From positions 258,044,001 to 258,108,000 of the forward strand of contig OZ024741.1 in assembly GCA_964016885.1 (NCBI GenBank): a stretch of DNA of 64,000 nt. Direction: 5' to 3'. The position numbers and the translations under genes are program-made. The DNA comes from Eledone cirrhosa. Its lineage: Eukaryota. Shown one piece after another: positions 13,019 through 27,735 of the stretch (its first letter is position 1; the number at the start of each line of letters is the position of its first letter). The notes beneath the pieces are model-generated. The model did no database searches and had not been told where the DNA came from. It saw only the letters and a list, made by a program, of their open reading frames with translations.

Positions 13019-13703
13019 ACGAGTGTTTCGACTTGCGAGTGTTTCGACTTACGTGTGTTTCGGCTTACGAGTGTTTCGACTTACGAGTGTTTCGACTTAC
13101 GAGTGTTTTGACTTACTGGTGTTTTGACATACGAGTGTTTCGATACGAGTGTTTCGACTTACGAGTGTTCTGACTTACGAGTGTTCTGACTTACGAGTGT
13201 TTCGACTTACGAGTGTTCTGACTTAGGAGTGTTCTGACTTACGAATGTTCCGACTTACGAGGGTTTCGACTTACGAGTGTTTTGACTTACGAGTGTTTCG
13301 ACTTACGAGTGTTTCGGCTTACGAGTGTTTTGACTTACGAGTGTTCAGACTACGAGTGTTCTGACTTACGAGTGTTTCGGCTTATTAGTGTTTCGACTTA
13401 CGAGTGTTTCGGCTTATGAGTGTTTCGACTTACGAGTGTTTCGACTTACGAGTGTTTCGACTTACGAGTGTTTCGACTTACGGGTGTTTCGACTTACGAG
13501 TGTTTCGAATACGAGTGTTTCGACTTACGAGTGTTTCGGCTTACGAGTGTTTCGACATACGGGTGTTTCGCCTTACGGTGTTTCGGCTTACGAGTGTTTC
13601 GATACGAGTGTTCTGACTTACGAGTGTTCTGACTTACGAGTGTTCCGACTTTACGAGTGTTTCGGCTCACGAGTCTTACGGCTTACGAGTGTTTCGACTT
13701 ACG

Positions 13704-13783
13704 AAAATAACAAATAGACGCGGTTTCAAATCTCTATGCTTTTCAAATTCATTACATTAATCTTTATTTATACGTTTCGCTTT
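13704..13783 (+). repeat. AT-rich island, copy 8
   Basis: Direct match to island consensus. Confidence 0.97.
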
Positions 13784-14755
13784 ACGAGTGTTTCGACTTA
13801 CGAGTGTTTCGACATACGAGTGTTTCGGCTTACGAGTGTTTTGATTTACGAGTGTTTTGACTTACGGGTTCTTCGACTTACGCGTGTTTCGACTTACGAG
13901 TGTTTCGACTTACGAGTGTTTCGACTTACGAGTGATTTGACTTACGAATGTTTTGACTTACGGGTGTTTCGGCTTGCGAGTGTTTCGACTTACGAGTGTT
14001 TCGGCTTATGAGTGTTTCGAGTTACTAATGTTTTTACTTACGAGTGTTTCGGCGTACGAGTGTTTTGACTTACGAGTGTTTCGACTTACGAGTGTTTTGA
14101 CTTACGAATGTTTTGACTTACGGGTGTTTCGGCTTACGAGTGTTTCGACTTACGAGTGTTTCGGCTGGCGAGTGTTTCGACTTACGAGTGTTTTGACTTA
14201 AGGGTGTTTCGACTTACGAGTGTTTCGACTTACGAGTGTTTCGTCTTACGAATGTTTCGGCTTACGAGTGTTTTGACTTAAGGGTGTTTCGACTTACGAG
14301 TGTTTCGATACGAGTGTTTCGACTTACGAGTGTTCTGACTTACGAGTGTTCCGACTTACGAGTGTCTCGGCTTACGAGTGTTTCGGCTTACGAGTGTTTC
14401 GACTTACGAGTGTTTCGACTTACGAGTGTTCCGACTTACGGGTGTTTCAACTTACGAGTGTTTTGGCTTACGGTGTTTCGACTTACGAGTGTTTCGACTT
14501 ACGAGTGTTTCGACTTACGGGTGTTTCGACTTACGAGTGTTTCGACTACGAGTGTTTCGACTTACGAGTGTTTCGGCTTACGAGTGTTTCGACATACGGG
14601 TGTTTCGACTTACGGTGTTTCGGCTTACGAATGTTTCGATACGAGTGTTCTGACTTACGAGTGTTCTGACTTACGAGTGTTCTGACTTACGAGTGTTCCG
14701 ACTTACGAGTGTTTCGGCTCACGAGTGTTTCGGCTTACGAGTGTTTCAACTTACG

Positions 14756-14835
14756 AAAATAACAAATAGACGCGGTTTCAAATCTCTATGCTTTTCAAAT
14801 TCATTACATTAATCTTTATTTATACGTTTCGCTTT
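14756..14835 (+). repeat. AT-rich island, copy 9
   Basis: Direct match to island consensus. Confidence 0.97.
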
Positions 14836-16047
14836 ACGAGTGTTTCGACTTACGAGTGTTTCGACATACGAGTGTTTCGGCTTACGAGTGTTTTGATTTA
14901 CGAGTGTTTTGACTTACGGGTGCTTCGACTTACGCGTGTTTCGACTTACGAGTGTTTCGACTTACGAGTGATTCGACTTACGAATGTTTTGACTTACGGG
15001 TGTTTCGGCTTGCGAGTGTTTCGACTTACGAGTGTTTCGGCTTATGAGTGTTTCGACTTACTAATGTTTTTACTTACGAGTGTTTCGGCGTACGAGTGTT
15101 TTGACTTACGAGTGTTTCGACTTACGAGTGTTTTGACTTACGAATGTTTTGACTTACGGGTGTTTCGGCTTACGAGTGTTTCGACTTACGAGTGTTTCGG
15201 CTGGCGAGTGTTTCGACTTACGAGTGTTTTGACTTAAGGGTGTTTCGACATACGAGTGTTTCGACTTACGAGTGTTTCGACTTACGAATGTTTCGGCTTA
15301 CGAGTGTTTTGACTTAAGGGTGTTTCGACTTACGAGTGTTTCGATACGAGTGTTTCGACTTACGAGTGTTCTGACTTACGAGTGTTCCGACTTACGAGTG
15401 TCTCGGCTTACGAGTGTTTCGGCTTACGAGTGTTTCGACTTACGAGTGTTTCGACTTACGAGTGTTCCGACTTACGGGTGTTTCGACTTACGAGTGTTTT
15501 GGCTTACGGTGTTTCGACTTACGAGTGTTCTGACTTACGAGTGTTTCGACTTACGAGTGTTTCGATACGAGTGTTTCGACTTACGAGTGTTCTGACTTAC
15601 GATTGTTCTGACTTACGAGCGTTCTGACTTACGAGTGTTTCGGCTTACGAGTGTTTCGGCTTACGAGTGTTTCGACTACGAGTGTTTCGACTTACGAGTG
15701 TTTCGGCTTACGAGTGTTTCGACATACGGGTGTTTCGACTTACGGTGTTTCGGCTTACGAGTGTTTCGACTTACGAGTGTTCTGACTTACGAGTGTTCTG
15801 ACTTATGAGTTTTCTGACTTACGAGTGTTCTGACTTATGAGTGTTCTGACTTACGAGTGTTTCGACTTACGAGTGTTTTGACTTACGGGTGTTTTGACAT
15901 ACGAGTGTTCTGACTTACGAGTGTTCCGATTTACGAGTGTTTCGGCATATGAGTGTTTCGACTTACGAATGTTTTTGCTTACGGGTATTTCGACTTACGA
16001 ATGTTTTTGCTTACGAGTGTTTCGGCTTACGAGTGTTTCGACTTACG

Positions 16048-16127
16048 AAAATAACAAATAGACGCGGTTTCAAATCTCTATGCTTTTCAAATTCATTACA
16101 TTAATCTTTATTTACACGTTTCGCTTT
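16048..16127 (+). repeat. AT-rich island, copy 10 (TTTACACG variant)
   Basis: Direct match to island consensus. Confidence 0.97.
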
Positions 16128-16848
16128 ACGAGTGTTTCGACTTACGCGTGTTTCGACTTACGAGTGTTTCGACTTACGAGTGTTTCGACTTACGAGTGTT
16201 TCGACTTACGAGTGTTTCGACTTACGAGTGTTTCGACTTACGAGTGTTCTGACTTACGAGTGTTTCGACTTACGAGTGTTCTGACTTAGGAGTGTTCTGA
16301 CTTACGAGTGTTCCGACTTACGAGTGTTTCGACTTACGAGTGTTTCGACTTACGAGTGTTTCGACTTACGAGTGTTTCGGCTTACGAGTGTTTTGACTTA
16401 CGAGTGTTCTGACTACGAGTGTTCTGACTTACGAGTGTTTCGGCTTATGAGTGTTTCGACTTACGAGTGTTTCGGCTTATGAGTGTTTCGACTTACGAGT
16501 GTTTCGGCTTACGAGTGTTTCGACTTACGAGTGTTTCGACTTACGAGTTTTTCGACTTACGGGTGTTTCGACTTACGGTGTTTCGGCTTACGAATGTTTC
16601 GACTTACGAGTGTTCTGACTTACGAGTGTTCTGACTTATGAGTGTTCTGACTTACGAGTGTTCTGACTTACGAGTGTTCCGACTTACGAGTGTTTCGGCT
16701 TACGAGTGTTTCGACTTACGAGTGTTCTGACTTACGAGTGTTCTGACTTATGAGTGTTCTGACTTACGAGTGTTCTGACTTACGAGTGTTCCGACTTACG
16801 AGTGTTTCGGCTCACGAGTGTTTCGGCTTACGAGTGTTTCGACTTACG

Positions 16849-16928
16849 AAAATAACAAATAGACGCGGTTTCAAATCTCTATGCTTTTCAAATTCATTAC
16901 ATTAATCTTTATTTATACGTTTCGCTTT
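16849..16928 (+). repeat. AT-rich island, copy 11
   Basis: Direct match to island consensus. Confidence 0.97.
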
Positions 16929-17613
16929 ACGAGTGTTTCGACTTGCGAGTGTTTCGAATTACGTGTGTTTCGGCTTACGAGTGTTTCGACTTACGAGTGT
17001 TTCGACTTACGAGTGTTTTGACTTACTGGTGTTTTGACATACGAGTGTTTCGATACGAGTGTTTCGACTTACGAGTGTTCTGACTTACGAGTGTTCTGAC
17101 TTACGAGTGTTTCGACTTACGAGTGTTCTGAATTAGGAGTGTTCTGACTTACGAATGTTCCGACTTACGAGTGTTTCGACATACGAGTGTTTTGACTTGC
17201 GAGTGTTTCGACTTACGAGTGTTTCGGCTTACGAGTGTTTTGACTTACGAGTGTTCAGACTACGAGTGTTCTGACTTACGAGTGTTTCGGCTTATTAGTG
17301 TTTCGACTTACGAGTGTTTCGGCTTATGAGTGTTTCGACTTACGAGTGTTTCGACTTACGAGTGTTTCGACTTACGAGTGTTTCGACTTACGGGTGTTTC
17401 GACTTACGAGTGTTTCGAATACGAGTGTTTCGACTTACGAGTGTTTCGGCTTACGAGTGTTTCGACATACGGGTGTTTCGCCTTACGGTGTTTCGGCTTA
17501 CGAGTGTTTCGATACGAGTGTTCTGACTTACGAGTGTTCTGACTTACGAGTGTTCCGACTTTACGAGTGTTTCGGCTCACGAGTGTTACGGCTTACGAGT
17601 GTTTCGACTTACG

Positions 17614-17693
17614 AAAATAACAAATAGACGCGGTTTCAAATCTCTATGCTTTTCAAATTTATTACATTAATCTTTATTTATACGTTTCGCTTT
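17614..17693 (+). repeat. AT-rich island, copy 12 (AAATTTATT variant)
   Basis: Direct match, one C>T. Confidence 0.97.
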
Positions 17694-18574
17694 ACGAGTG
17701 TTTCGACTTACGAGTGTTTCGACATACGAGTGTTTCGGCTTACGAGTGTTTTGATTTACGAGTGTTTTGACTTACGGGTTCTTCGACTTACGTGTGTTTC
17801 GACTTACGAGTGTTTCGACTTACGAGTGTTTCGACTTACGAGTGATTTGACTTACGAATGTTTTGACTTACGGGTGTTTCGGCTTGCGAGTGTTTCGACT
17901 TACGAGTGTTTCGGCTTATGAGTGTTTCGACTTACTAATGTTTTTACTTACGAGTGTTTCGGCGTACGAGTGTTTTGACTTACGAGTGTTTCGACTTACG
18001 AGTGTTTTGACTTACGAATGTTTTGACTTACGGGTGTTTCGGCTTACGAGTGTTTCGACTTACGAGTGTTTCGGCTGGCGAGTGTTTCGACTTACGAGTG
18101 TTTTGACTTAAGGGTGTTTCGACTTACGAGTGTTTCGACTTACGAGTGTTTCGTCTTACGAATGTTTCGGCTTACGAGTGTTTTGACTTAAGGGTGTTTC
18201 GACTTACGAGTGTTTCGATACGAGTGTTTCGACTTACGAGTGTTCTGACTTACGAGTGTTCCGACTTACGAGTGTCTCGGCTTACGAGTGTTTCGGCTTA
18301 CGAGTGTTATGACTTACGAGTGTTTCGACTTACGAGTGTTCCGACTTACGGGTGTTTCGACTTACGAGTGTTTTGGCTTACGGTGTTTCGGCTTACGAGT
18401 GTTTCGAGTTAAGAGTGTTTTGACTTACGCGTGTTTTGACATACGAGTGTTCTGACTTACGAGTGTTCTGACTTACGAGTGTTCTGACTTACGAGTGTTC
18501 TGACTTACGAGTGTTCCGACTTTACGAGTGTTTCGGCTCACGAGTGTTTCGGCTTACGAGTGTTTCGACTTACG

Positions 18575-18654
18575 AAAATAACAAATAGACGCGGTTTCAA
18601 ATCTCTATGCTTTTCAAATTCATTACATTAATCTTTATTTATACGTTTCGCTTT
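18575..18654 (+). repeat. AT-rich island, copy 13
   Basis: Direct match to island consensus. Confidence 0.97.
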
Positions 18655-21600
18655 ACGAGTGTTTCGACTTACGAGTGTTTCGACATACGAGTGTTTCGGC
18701 TTACGAGTGTTTTGATTTACGAGTGTTTTGACTTACGGGTGCTTCGACTTACGCGTGTTTCGACTTACGAGTGTTTCGACTTACGAGTGTTTCGACTTAC
18801 GAGTGATTCGACTTACGAATGTTTTGACTTACGGGTGTTTCGGCTTGCGAGTGTTTCGACTTACGAGTGTTTCGGCTTATGAGTGTTTCGACTTACTAAT
18901 GTTTTTACTTACGAGTGTTTCGGCGTACGAGTGTTTCGACTTACGAATGTTTTTGCTTACGGGTGTTTCGACTTACGAATGTTTTTGCTTACGAGTGTTT
19001 CGGTTTACGAGTGTTCCGACTTACGAGTGTTTCGGCTTACGAGTGTTTCCGGCTTACGAGTGTTTCGACTTACGAGTGTTTCGACTTACGAGTGTTTTGA
19101 CTTACGGTGTTTCGGCTTACGAGTGATTAGACTTACGAGTGTTTTGATTTACGGGTGTTTTGACTTACGGGTGTTGTGAATTACGAGTGTTCCGATTTAC
19201 GAATGTTTTGACTTACGGGTGTTTCGGCTTGCGAGTGTTTCGACTTACGAGTGTTTCGGCTTATGAGTGTTTCGACTTACTAATGTTTTTACTTACGAGT
19301 GTTTCGGCGTACGAGTGTTTTGACATACGAGTGTTTCGACTTACGAGTGTTTTGACTTACGAGTGTTTCGGCTTGCGAGTGTTTCGACTTACTAATGTTT
19401 TTACTTACGAGTGTTTCGGCGTACGAGTGTTTCGACTTACGAGTGTTTCGACTTACGGGTGTTTCGTCTTACGAGTGTTTCGACTTACGAGTGTTTTGAC
19501 TTAAGGGTGTTTCGACTTACGAGTGTTTCGACTTACGAGTGTTTCGACTTACGAGTGTTTCGGATTACGACTGTTTTGACTTGAGGGTTTTCGACTTACG
19601 AGTGTTTCGATACGAGTGTTTCGACTTACGAGTGTTCTGACTTACGAGTGTTCTGATTTACGGATGTTTCGACACACGAGTGTTTCGAATTACGAGTGTT
19701 TCGACTTACGAGTGTTTTGACTTACGGGTGTTTTGACATACGAGTGTTTCGATCCGAGTGTTTCGACTTACGAGTGTTCTGACTTACGAGTGTTCTGACT
19801 TACGAGTGTTCTGACTTACGAGTGTTCTGACTTACGAGTGTTCTTACTTACGAGTGTTCCGACTTACGAGTGTTTCGGCTTACGAGTGTTTCGACTTACG
19901 AGTGTTCCGACTTACGGGTGTTTCGACTTACGAGTGTTTTGGCTTACGGTGTTTCGGCTTACGAGTGTTTCGAGTTACGAGTGTTTTGACTTACGCGTGT
20001 TTTGACATACGAGTGTTTCGATACGAGTGTTCTGACTTACGAGTGTTCTGACTTACGGGTGTTCTGACTTACGAGTGTTCCGACTTACGAGTGTTTCGGC
20101 TTATGAGTGTTTCGACTTACGAGTGTATCGGCTTACGAGTGTTTCGCCTTATGGGTGTTTCGACTTACGAGTGTTTTTACTTACGGTGTTTCGGCTTCCG
20201 AGTGTTTCGACATACGAGTGTTTTGACTTACGGGTGTTTCGGCTTACGAGTGTTTCGACTTACGAGTGTTTCGGCTTACGAGTGTTTCGACTTACTAATG
20301 TTTTTACTTACGAGTGTTTCGGCGTAGGAGAGTTTTGACTTACGAGTGTTTCGACTTACGAGTGTTTCGACTTACGAGTGTTTTGACTTACGAATGTTTT
20401 GACTTACGGGTGTTTCGGCTTACGAGTGTTTCGACTTACGAGTCTTTCGGCTTACGAGTGTTTCGACTTACTAATGTTTTTACTTACGAGTGTTTCGGCG
20501 TACGAGTCTTTCGACTTACGAGTGTTTCGACTTACGGGTGTTTTGACTTACGGGTGTTTCGGCTTACGAGTGTTTTGACTTAAGGGTGTTTCGACTTACT
20601 GGTGTTTTGACATACGAGTGTTTCGATACGATTGTTTCGACTTACGAGTGTTTTGAGTTACGAGTGTTCTGATTTACGGATGTTTCGACATACGAGTGTT
20701 CAGACTTACGAGTGTTCCGACTTACGAGTGTTTCGGCTTACGAGTGTTTCGGGTCACGAGTGTTTCGACTTACGAGTGTTTCGACTTACGAGTGTTTCGA
20801 CTTACGAGTGTTTCGACTTACGAGTGTTTTGACTTACGGTGTTTCGGCTTACGAGTGTTTCGACTTACGAGTGTTTTGACTTACTGGTGTTTTGACATAC
20901 GAGTGTTTCGATACGAGTGTTTCGACTTACGAGTGTTCTGACTTACGATTGTTCTGACTTACGAGTGTTCTTTATTACGAGTGTTCCGACTTACGAGTGT
21001 TTCGGCTTACGAGTGTTTCGACTTACGAGTGTTCCGACTTACGGGTGTTTCGACTTACGAGTGATTCGACTTACGAGCGATTCGACTTACGAATGTTTTG
21101 ACTTACGGGTGTTTCGGCTTGCGAGTGTTTCGACTTACGAGTGTTTCGACTTACGAGTGTTTTGACTTACGAATGTTTTGACTTACGGGTGTTTCGGCTT
21201 ACGAGTGTTTCGACTTACGAGTGTTTCGGCTTGCGAGTGTTTCGACTTACTAATGTTTTTACTTACGAGTGTTTCGGCGTACGAGTGTTTCGACTTACGA
21301 GTGTTTCGACTTACGGGTGTTTTGACTTACGGGTCTTTCGGCTTACGAGTGTTTCGACTTACGAGTGTTTTGACTTAAGGGTGTTTCGACTTACGAGTGT
21401 TTCGACTTACGAGTGTTTCGACTTACGAGTGTTTCGGATTACGAATGTTTTGACTTGAGGGTTTTCGACTTACGAGTGTTTCGACACGAGTGTTTCGACT
21501 TACGAGTTTTCTGACTTACGAGTGTTCTGATTTATGGATGTTTCGACACACGAGTGTTTCGAATTACGAGTGTTTCGACTTACGAGTGTTTTGACTTACG

Positions 21601-22012
21601 GGTGTTTTGACATACGAGTGTTTCGATACGAGTGTTTCGACTTACGAGTGTTCTGACTTACGAGTGTTCTGACTTACGAGTGTTCTGACTTACAAGTGTT
21701 CTTACTTACGAGTGTTCCGACTTACGAGTGTTTCGGCTTACGAGTGTTTCGACATACGAGTGTTCAGACTTACGGGTGTTTCGACTTCCGAGTGTTTTGG
21801 CTTACGGTGTTTCGGCTTACGAGTGTTTCGAGTTACGAGTGTTTTGACTTACGCGTGTTTTGACATACGAGTGTTTCGATACGAGTGTTCTGACTTACGA
21901 GTGTTCTGACTTACGAGTGTTCTGACTTACGAGTGTTCTGACTTACGAGTGTTCCGACTTTACGAGTGTTTCGGCTCACGAGTGTTTCGGCTTACGAGTG
22001 TTTCGACTTACA

Positions 22013-22092
22013 AAAATAACAAATAGACGCGGTTTCAAATCTCTATGCTTTTCAAATTCATTACATTAATCTTTATTTATACGTTTCGCTTT
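22013..22092 (+). repeat. AT-rich island, copy 14 (TTACA-AAAAT junction)
   Basis: Direct match to island consensus. Confidence 0.97.
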
Positions 22093-24894
22093 ACGAGTGT
22101 TTCGACTTACGAGTGTTTCGACATACGAGTGTTTCGACTTACGAATGTTTTTGCTTACGGGTGTTTCGACTTACGAATGTTTTTGCTTACGAGTGTTTCG
22201 GTTTACGAGTGTTCCGACTTACGAGTGTTCCGACTTACGAGTGTTTCGGCTTACGAGTGTTTCCGGCTTACGAGTGTTTCGACTTACGAGTGTTTCGACT
22301 TACGAGTGTTTTGACTTACGGTGTTTCGGCTTACGAGTGATTAGACTTACGAGTGTTTTGACTTACGGGTGTTTTGACTTACGGGTGTTGTGAATTACGA
22401 GTGTTCCGATTTACGAGTGTTTTGACTTACGGTGTTTCGGCTTACAAGTGATTCGACTTACGAATGTTTTGACTTACGGGTATTTCGGCATGCGAGTGTT
22501 TCGACTTACGAGTGTTTCGGCTTACGAGTGTTTTGACTTAAGGGTGTTTCGAGTTACGAGTGTTTCGACTTACGAGTGTTCTGACTTACGAGTGTTCCGA
22601 CTTACGAGTGTCTCGCCTTACGAGTGTTTCGGCTTACGAGTGTTTCGACTTACGAGTGTTTCGACTTACGGGTGTTTCGACTTACGAGTGTTTTGGCTTA
22701 CGGTGTTTCGACTTACGAGTGTTTCGATACGAGTGTTTCGACTTACGAGTGTTCTGACTTACGATTGTTCTGACTTACGAGCGTTCTGACTTACGAGTGT
22801 TCTGACTTACGAGTGTTTCGGCTTACGAGTGTTTCGGCTTACGCGTGTTTCGACTTACGAGTGTTTCGACTTACGAGTGTTCCGATTTACGGGTGTTTCG
22901 ACTTACGAGTGTTTTGGCTTACGGTGTTTCGGCTTACGAGTGTTTCGAGTTAAGAGTGTTTTGACTTACGCGTGTTTTGACATACGAGTGTTCTGACTTA
23001 CGAGTGTTCTGACTTACGAGTGTTCTGACTTACGAGTGTTCTGACTTACGAGTGTTCCGACTTTACGAGTGTTTCGGCTCACGAGTGTTTCGACTTACGA
23101 GTGTTTCGACATACGAGTGTTTCGACTTACGAATGTTTTTGCTTACGGTTGTTTCGACTTACGAATGTTTTTGCTTACGAGTGTTTCGGTTTACGAGTGT
23201 TCCGACTTACGAGTGTTTCGGCTTACGAGTGTTTCCGGCTTACGAGTGTTTCGACTTAAGAGTGTTTCGACTTACGAGTGTTTTGACTTACGGTGTTTCG
23301 GCTTACGAGTGATTAGACTTACGAGTGTTTTGACTTACGGGTGTTTTGACTTACGGGTGTTGTGACTTACGAGTGTTCCGATTTACGAGTGTTTTGACTT
23401 ACGGTGTTTCGGCTTACAAGTGTTTCGGCTTACGAGTGTTTCGACTTACGAGTGTTTCGGCTTGCGAGTGTTTCGACTTACTAATGTTTTTACTTACGAG
23501 TGTTTCGGCGTACGAGTGTTTCGACTTACGAGTGTTTCGACTTACGGGTGTTTTGACTTACGGGTGTTTCGGCTTACGAGTGTTTCGACTTACGAGTGTT
23601 TTGACTTAAGGGTGTTTCGACTTACCAGTGTTTCGACTTACGAGTGTTTCGACTTACGAGTGTTTCGGATTACGAGTGTTTTGACTTGAGGGTTTTCGAC
23701 TTACGAGTGTTTCGATACGAGTGTTTCGACTTACGAGTGTTCTGACTTACGAGTGTTCTGATTTACGGATGTTTCGACACACGAGTGTTTCGAATTACGA
23801 GTGTTTCGACTTACGAGTGTTTTGACTTAAGGGTGTTTTGACATACGAGAGTTTCGATACGAGTGTTTCGACTTACGAGTGTTCTGACTTACGATTGTTC
23901 TGACTTACGAGTGTTCTTACTTACGAGTGTTCCGACTTACGAGTGTTTCGGCTTACGAGTGTTTCGACTTACGAGTGTTCCGACTTACGGGTGTTTCGAC
24001 TTACGAGTGATTCGACTTACGAATGTTTTGACTTACGGGTGTTTCGGCTTGCGAGTGTTTCGACTTACGAGTGTTTCGACTTACGAGTGTTTTGACTTAC
24101 GAATGTTTTGACTTACGGGTGTTTCGGCTTACGAGTGTTTCGACTTACGAGTGTTTCGGCTTGCGAGTGTTTCGACTTACTAATGATTTTACTTACGAGT
24201 GTTTCGGCGTACGAGTGTTTCGACTTACGAGTGTTTCGACTTACGGGTGTTTTGACTTACGGGTGTTTCGACTTACGAGTGTTTCGACTTACGAGTGTTT
24301 CGACTTACGAGTGTTTCGGATTACGAGTGTTTTGACTTGAGGGTTTTCGACTTACGAGTGTTTCGACACGAGTGTTTCGACTTACGAGTTTTCTGACTTA
24401 CGAGTGTTCTGATTTATGGATGTTTCGACACACGAGTGTTTCGAATTACGAGTGTTTCGACTTACGAGTGTTTTGACTTACGGGTGTTTTGACATACGAG
24501 TGTTTCGATACGAGTGTTTCGACTTACGAGTGTTCTGACTTACGAGTGTTCTGACTTACGAGTGTTCTGACTTACGAGTGTTCTTACTTACGAGTGTTCC
24601 GACTTACGAGTGTTTCGGCTTACGAGTGTTTCGACATACGAGTGTTCCGACTTACGGGTGTTTCGACTTACGAGTGTTTTGGCTTACGGTGTTTCGGCTT
24701 ACGAGTGTTTCGAGTTACGAGTGTTTTGACTTACGCGTGTTTTGACATACGAGTGTTTCGATACGAGTGTTCTGACTTACGAGTGTTCTGACTTACGAGT
24801 GTTCTGACTTACGAGTGTTCTGACTTACGAGTGTTCCGACTTTACGAGTGTTTCGGCTCACGAGTGTTTCGGCTTACGAGTGTTTCGACTTACA

Positions 24895-24974
24895 AATATA
24901 ACAAATAGACGCGGTTTCAAATCTCTATGCTTTTCAAATTCATTACATTAATCTTTATTTATACGTTTCGCTTT
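24895..24974 (+). repeat. AT-rich island, copy 15 (TTACA-AATAT junction)
   Basis: Direct match, one A>T. Confidence 0.97.
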
Positions 24975-25282
24975 ATGAGTGTTTCGACTTACGAGTGTTT
25001 CGACATACGAGTGTTTCGGCTTACGAGTGTTTTGATTTACGAGTGTTTTGACTTACGGGTGCTTCGACTTACGCGTGTTTCGACTTACGAGTGTTTCGAC
25101 TTACGAGTGTTTAGACTTACGAGTGTTTGGGCTTACGAGTGTTTTGACTTACGAATGTTTTGACTTACGATTGTTTCGGCTTACGAGTGTTCTGACTTAC
25201 GAGTGTTCTGACTTACGAGTGTTCCGACTTTACGAGTGTTTCGGCTCACGAGTGTTTCGGCTTACGAGTGTTTCGACTCACG

Positions 25283-25362
25283 AAAACAACATATAGACGC
25301 GGTTTCAAATCTCTATGCTTTTCAAATTCATTACATTAATCTTTATTTATACGTTTCGCTTT
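25283..25362 (+). repeat. AT-rich island, copy 16 (AAAACAACATATAG variant)
   Basis: Direct match, two substitutions at the 5' end. Confidence 0.97.
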
Positions 25363-27655
25363 ACGAGTGTTTCGACTTACGAGTGTTTCGACATACGAGT
25401 GTTTCGACTTACGAATGTTTTGACTCACGGGTATTTCGGCTTGCGCATGTTTCGACTTACGAGTGTTTCGGCTTACGAGTGTTTTGACTTAAGGGTGTTT
25501 CGACTTACGAGTGTTTCGATACGAGTGTTTCGACTTACGAGTGTTCTGACTTACGAGTGTTCTGACTTACGAGTGTCTCGCCTTACGAGTGTTTCGGCTT
25601 ACGAGTGTTTCGACTTACGAGTGTTTCGACTTACGAGTGTTCCGACTTACGGGTGTTTCGACATACGAGTGTTTTGGCTTACGGTGTTTCGACTTACGAG
25701 TGTTTCGGCTTACGAGTGTTTTGACTTAAGGGTGTTTCGACTTACGAGTGTTTCGATACGAGTGTTTCGACTTACGAGTGTTCTGGCTTACGATTGTTCT
25801 GACTTACGAGCGTTCTGACTTACGAGTGTTCTGACTTACGAGTGTTTCGGCTTACGAGTGTTTCGGCTTACGAGTGTTTCGACTTACGAGTGTTTCGACT
25901 TACGAGTGTTCCGATTTACGGGTGTTTCGACTTACGAGTGTTTTGGCTTACGGTGTTTCGGCTTACGAGTGTTTCGAGTTAAGAGTGTTTTGACATACGC
26001 GTGTTTTGACATACGAGTGTTCTGACTTACGAGTGTTCTGACTTACGAGTGTTCTGACTTACGAGTGTTCCGACTTTACGAGTGTTTCGGCTCACGAGTG
26101 TTTCGACTTACGAGTGTTTCGACATACGAGTGTTTCGACTTACGAATGTTTTTGCTTACGGATGTTTCGACTTACCAAATGTTTTTGCTTACGAGTGTTT
26201 CGGTTTACGAGTGTTCCGACTTACGAGTGTTTCGGCTTACGAGTGTTTCCGGCTTACGAGTGTTTCGACTTACGAGTGTTTCGACTTACGAGTGTTTTGA
26301 CTTACCATGTTTCGGCTTACGAGTGATTAGACTTACGAGTGTTTTGACTTACGGGTGTTTTGACTTACGGGTGTTGTGAATTACGAGTGTTCCGATTTAC
26401 GAGTGTTTTGACTTACGGTGTTTCGGCTTACAAGTGATTCGACTTACGAATGTTTTGACTTACGGGTGTTTCGGCTTGCGAGTGTTTCGACTTACGAGTG
26501 TTTCGACTTACGAGTGTTTTGACTTACGAATGTTTTGACTTACGGGTGTTTCGGCTTACGAGTGTTTCGACTTACGAGTGTTTTGACTTAAGGGTGTTTC
26601 GACTTACGAGTGTTTCGACTTACGAGTGTTTCGACTTACGAGTGTTTCGGATTACGAGTGTTTTGACTTGAGGGTTTTCGACTTACGAGTGTTCTGACTT
26701 ACGAGTGTTCTGATTTACGGATGTTTCGACACACGAGTGTTTCGAATTACGAGTGTTTCGACTTACGAGTGTTTTGACTTAAGGGTGTTTTGACATACGA
26801 GTGTTTCGATACGAGTGTTTCGACTTACGAGTGTTCTGACTTACGATCGTTCTGACTTACGAGTGTTCTTACTTACGAGTGTTCCGACTTACGAGTGTTT
26901 CGGCTTACGAGTGTTTCGACTTACGAGTGTTCCGACTTACGGGTGTTTCGACTTACGAGTGATTCGACTTACGAATGTTTTGACTTACGGGTGTTTCGGC
27001 TTGCGAGTGTTTCAACTTACGAGTGTTTCGACTTACGAGTGTTTTGACTTACGAATGTTTTGACTTACGGGTGTTTCGGCTTACGAGTGTTTCGACTTAC
27101 GAGTGTTTCGGCTTGCGAGTGTTTCGACTTACTAATGATTTTACTTACGAGTGTTTCGGCGTACGAGTGTTTCGACTTACGAGTGTTTCGAATTACGAGT
27201 GTTTCGACTTACGAGTGTTTTGACTTAAGGGTGTTTTGACATACGAGTGTTTCGATACGAGTGTTTCGACTTACGAGTGTTCTGACTTACGAGTGTTTCG
27301 ACTTACGAGTGTTTCGACTTACGAGTGTTTCGGATTACGAGTGTTTTGACTTGAGGGTTTTCGACTTACGAGTGTTTCGACACGAGTGTTTCGACTTACG
27401 AGTTTTCTGACTTACGAGTGTTCTGATTTATGGATGTTTCGACACACGAGTGTTTCGAATTACGAGTGTTTCGACTTACGAGTGTTTCGAGTTACGAGTG
27501 TTTTGACTTACGCGTGTTTTGACATACGAGTGTTTCGATACGAGTGTTCTGACTTACGAGTGTTCTGACTTACGAGTGTTCTGACTTACGAGTGTTCCGA
27601 CTTTACGAGTGTTTCGGCTCACGAGTGTTTCGGCTTACGAGTGTTTCGACTTACA

Positions 27656-27735
27656 AAAATAACAAATAGACGCGGTTTCAAATCTCTATGCTTTTCAAAT
27701 TCATTACATTAATCTTTATTTATACGTTTCGCTTT
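27656..27735 (+). repeat. AT-rich island, copy 17 (TTACA junction)
   Basis: Direct match to island consensus. Confidence 0.97.

Larger units (their letters stand above)
11750..18390 (+). repeat. Block duplication, offset 3910 bp (~11750-14480 and ~15660-18390)
   Basis: ORF and island series offset by 3910 (12170/16080, 13388/17298, 13736/17646, 14236/18146), a few SNPs. Confidence 0.9.
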
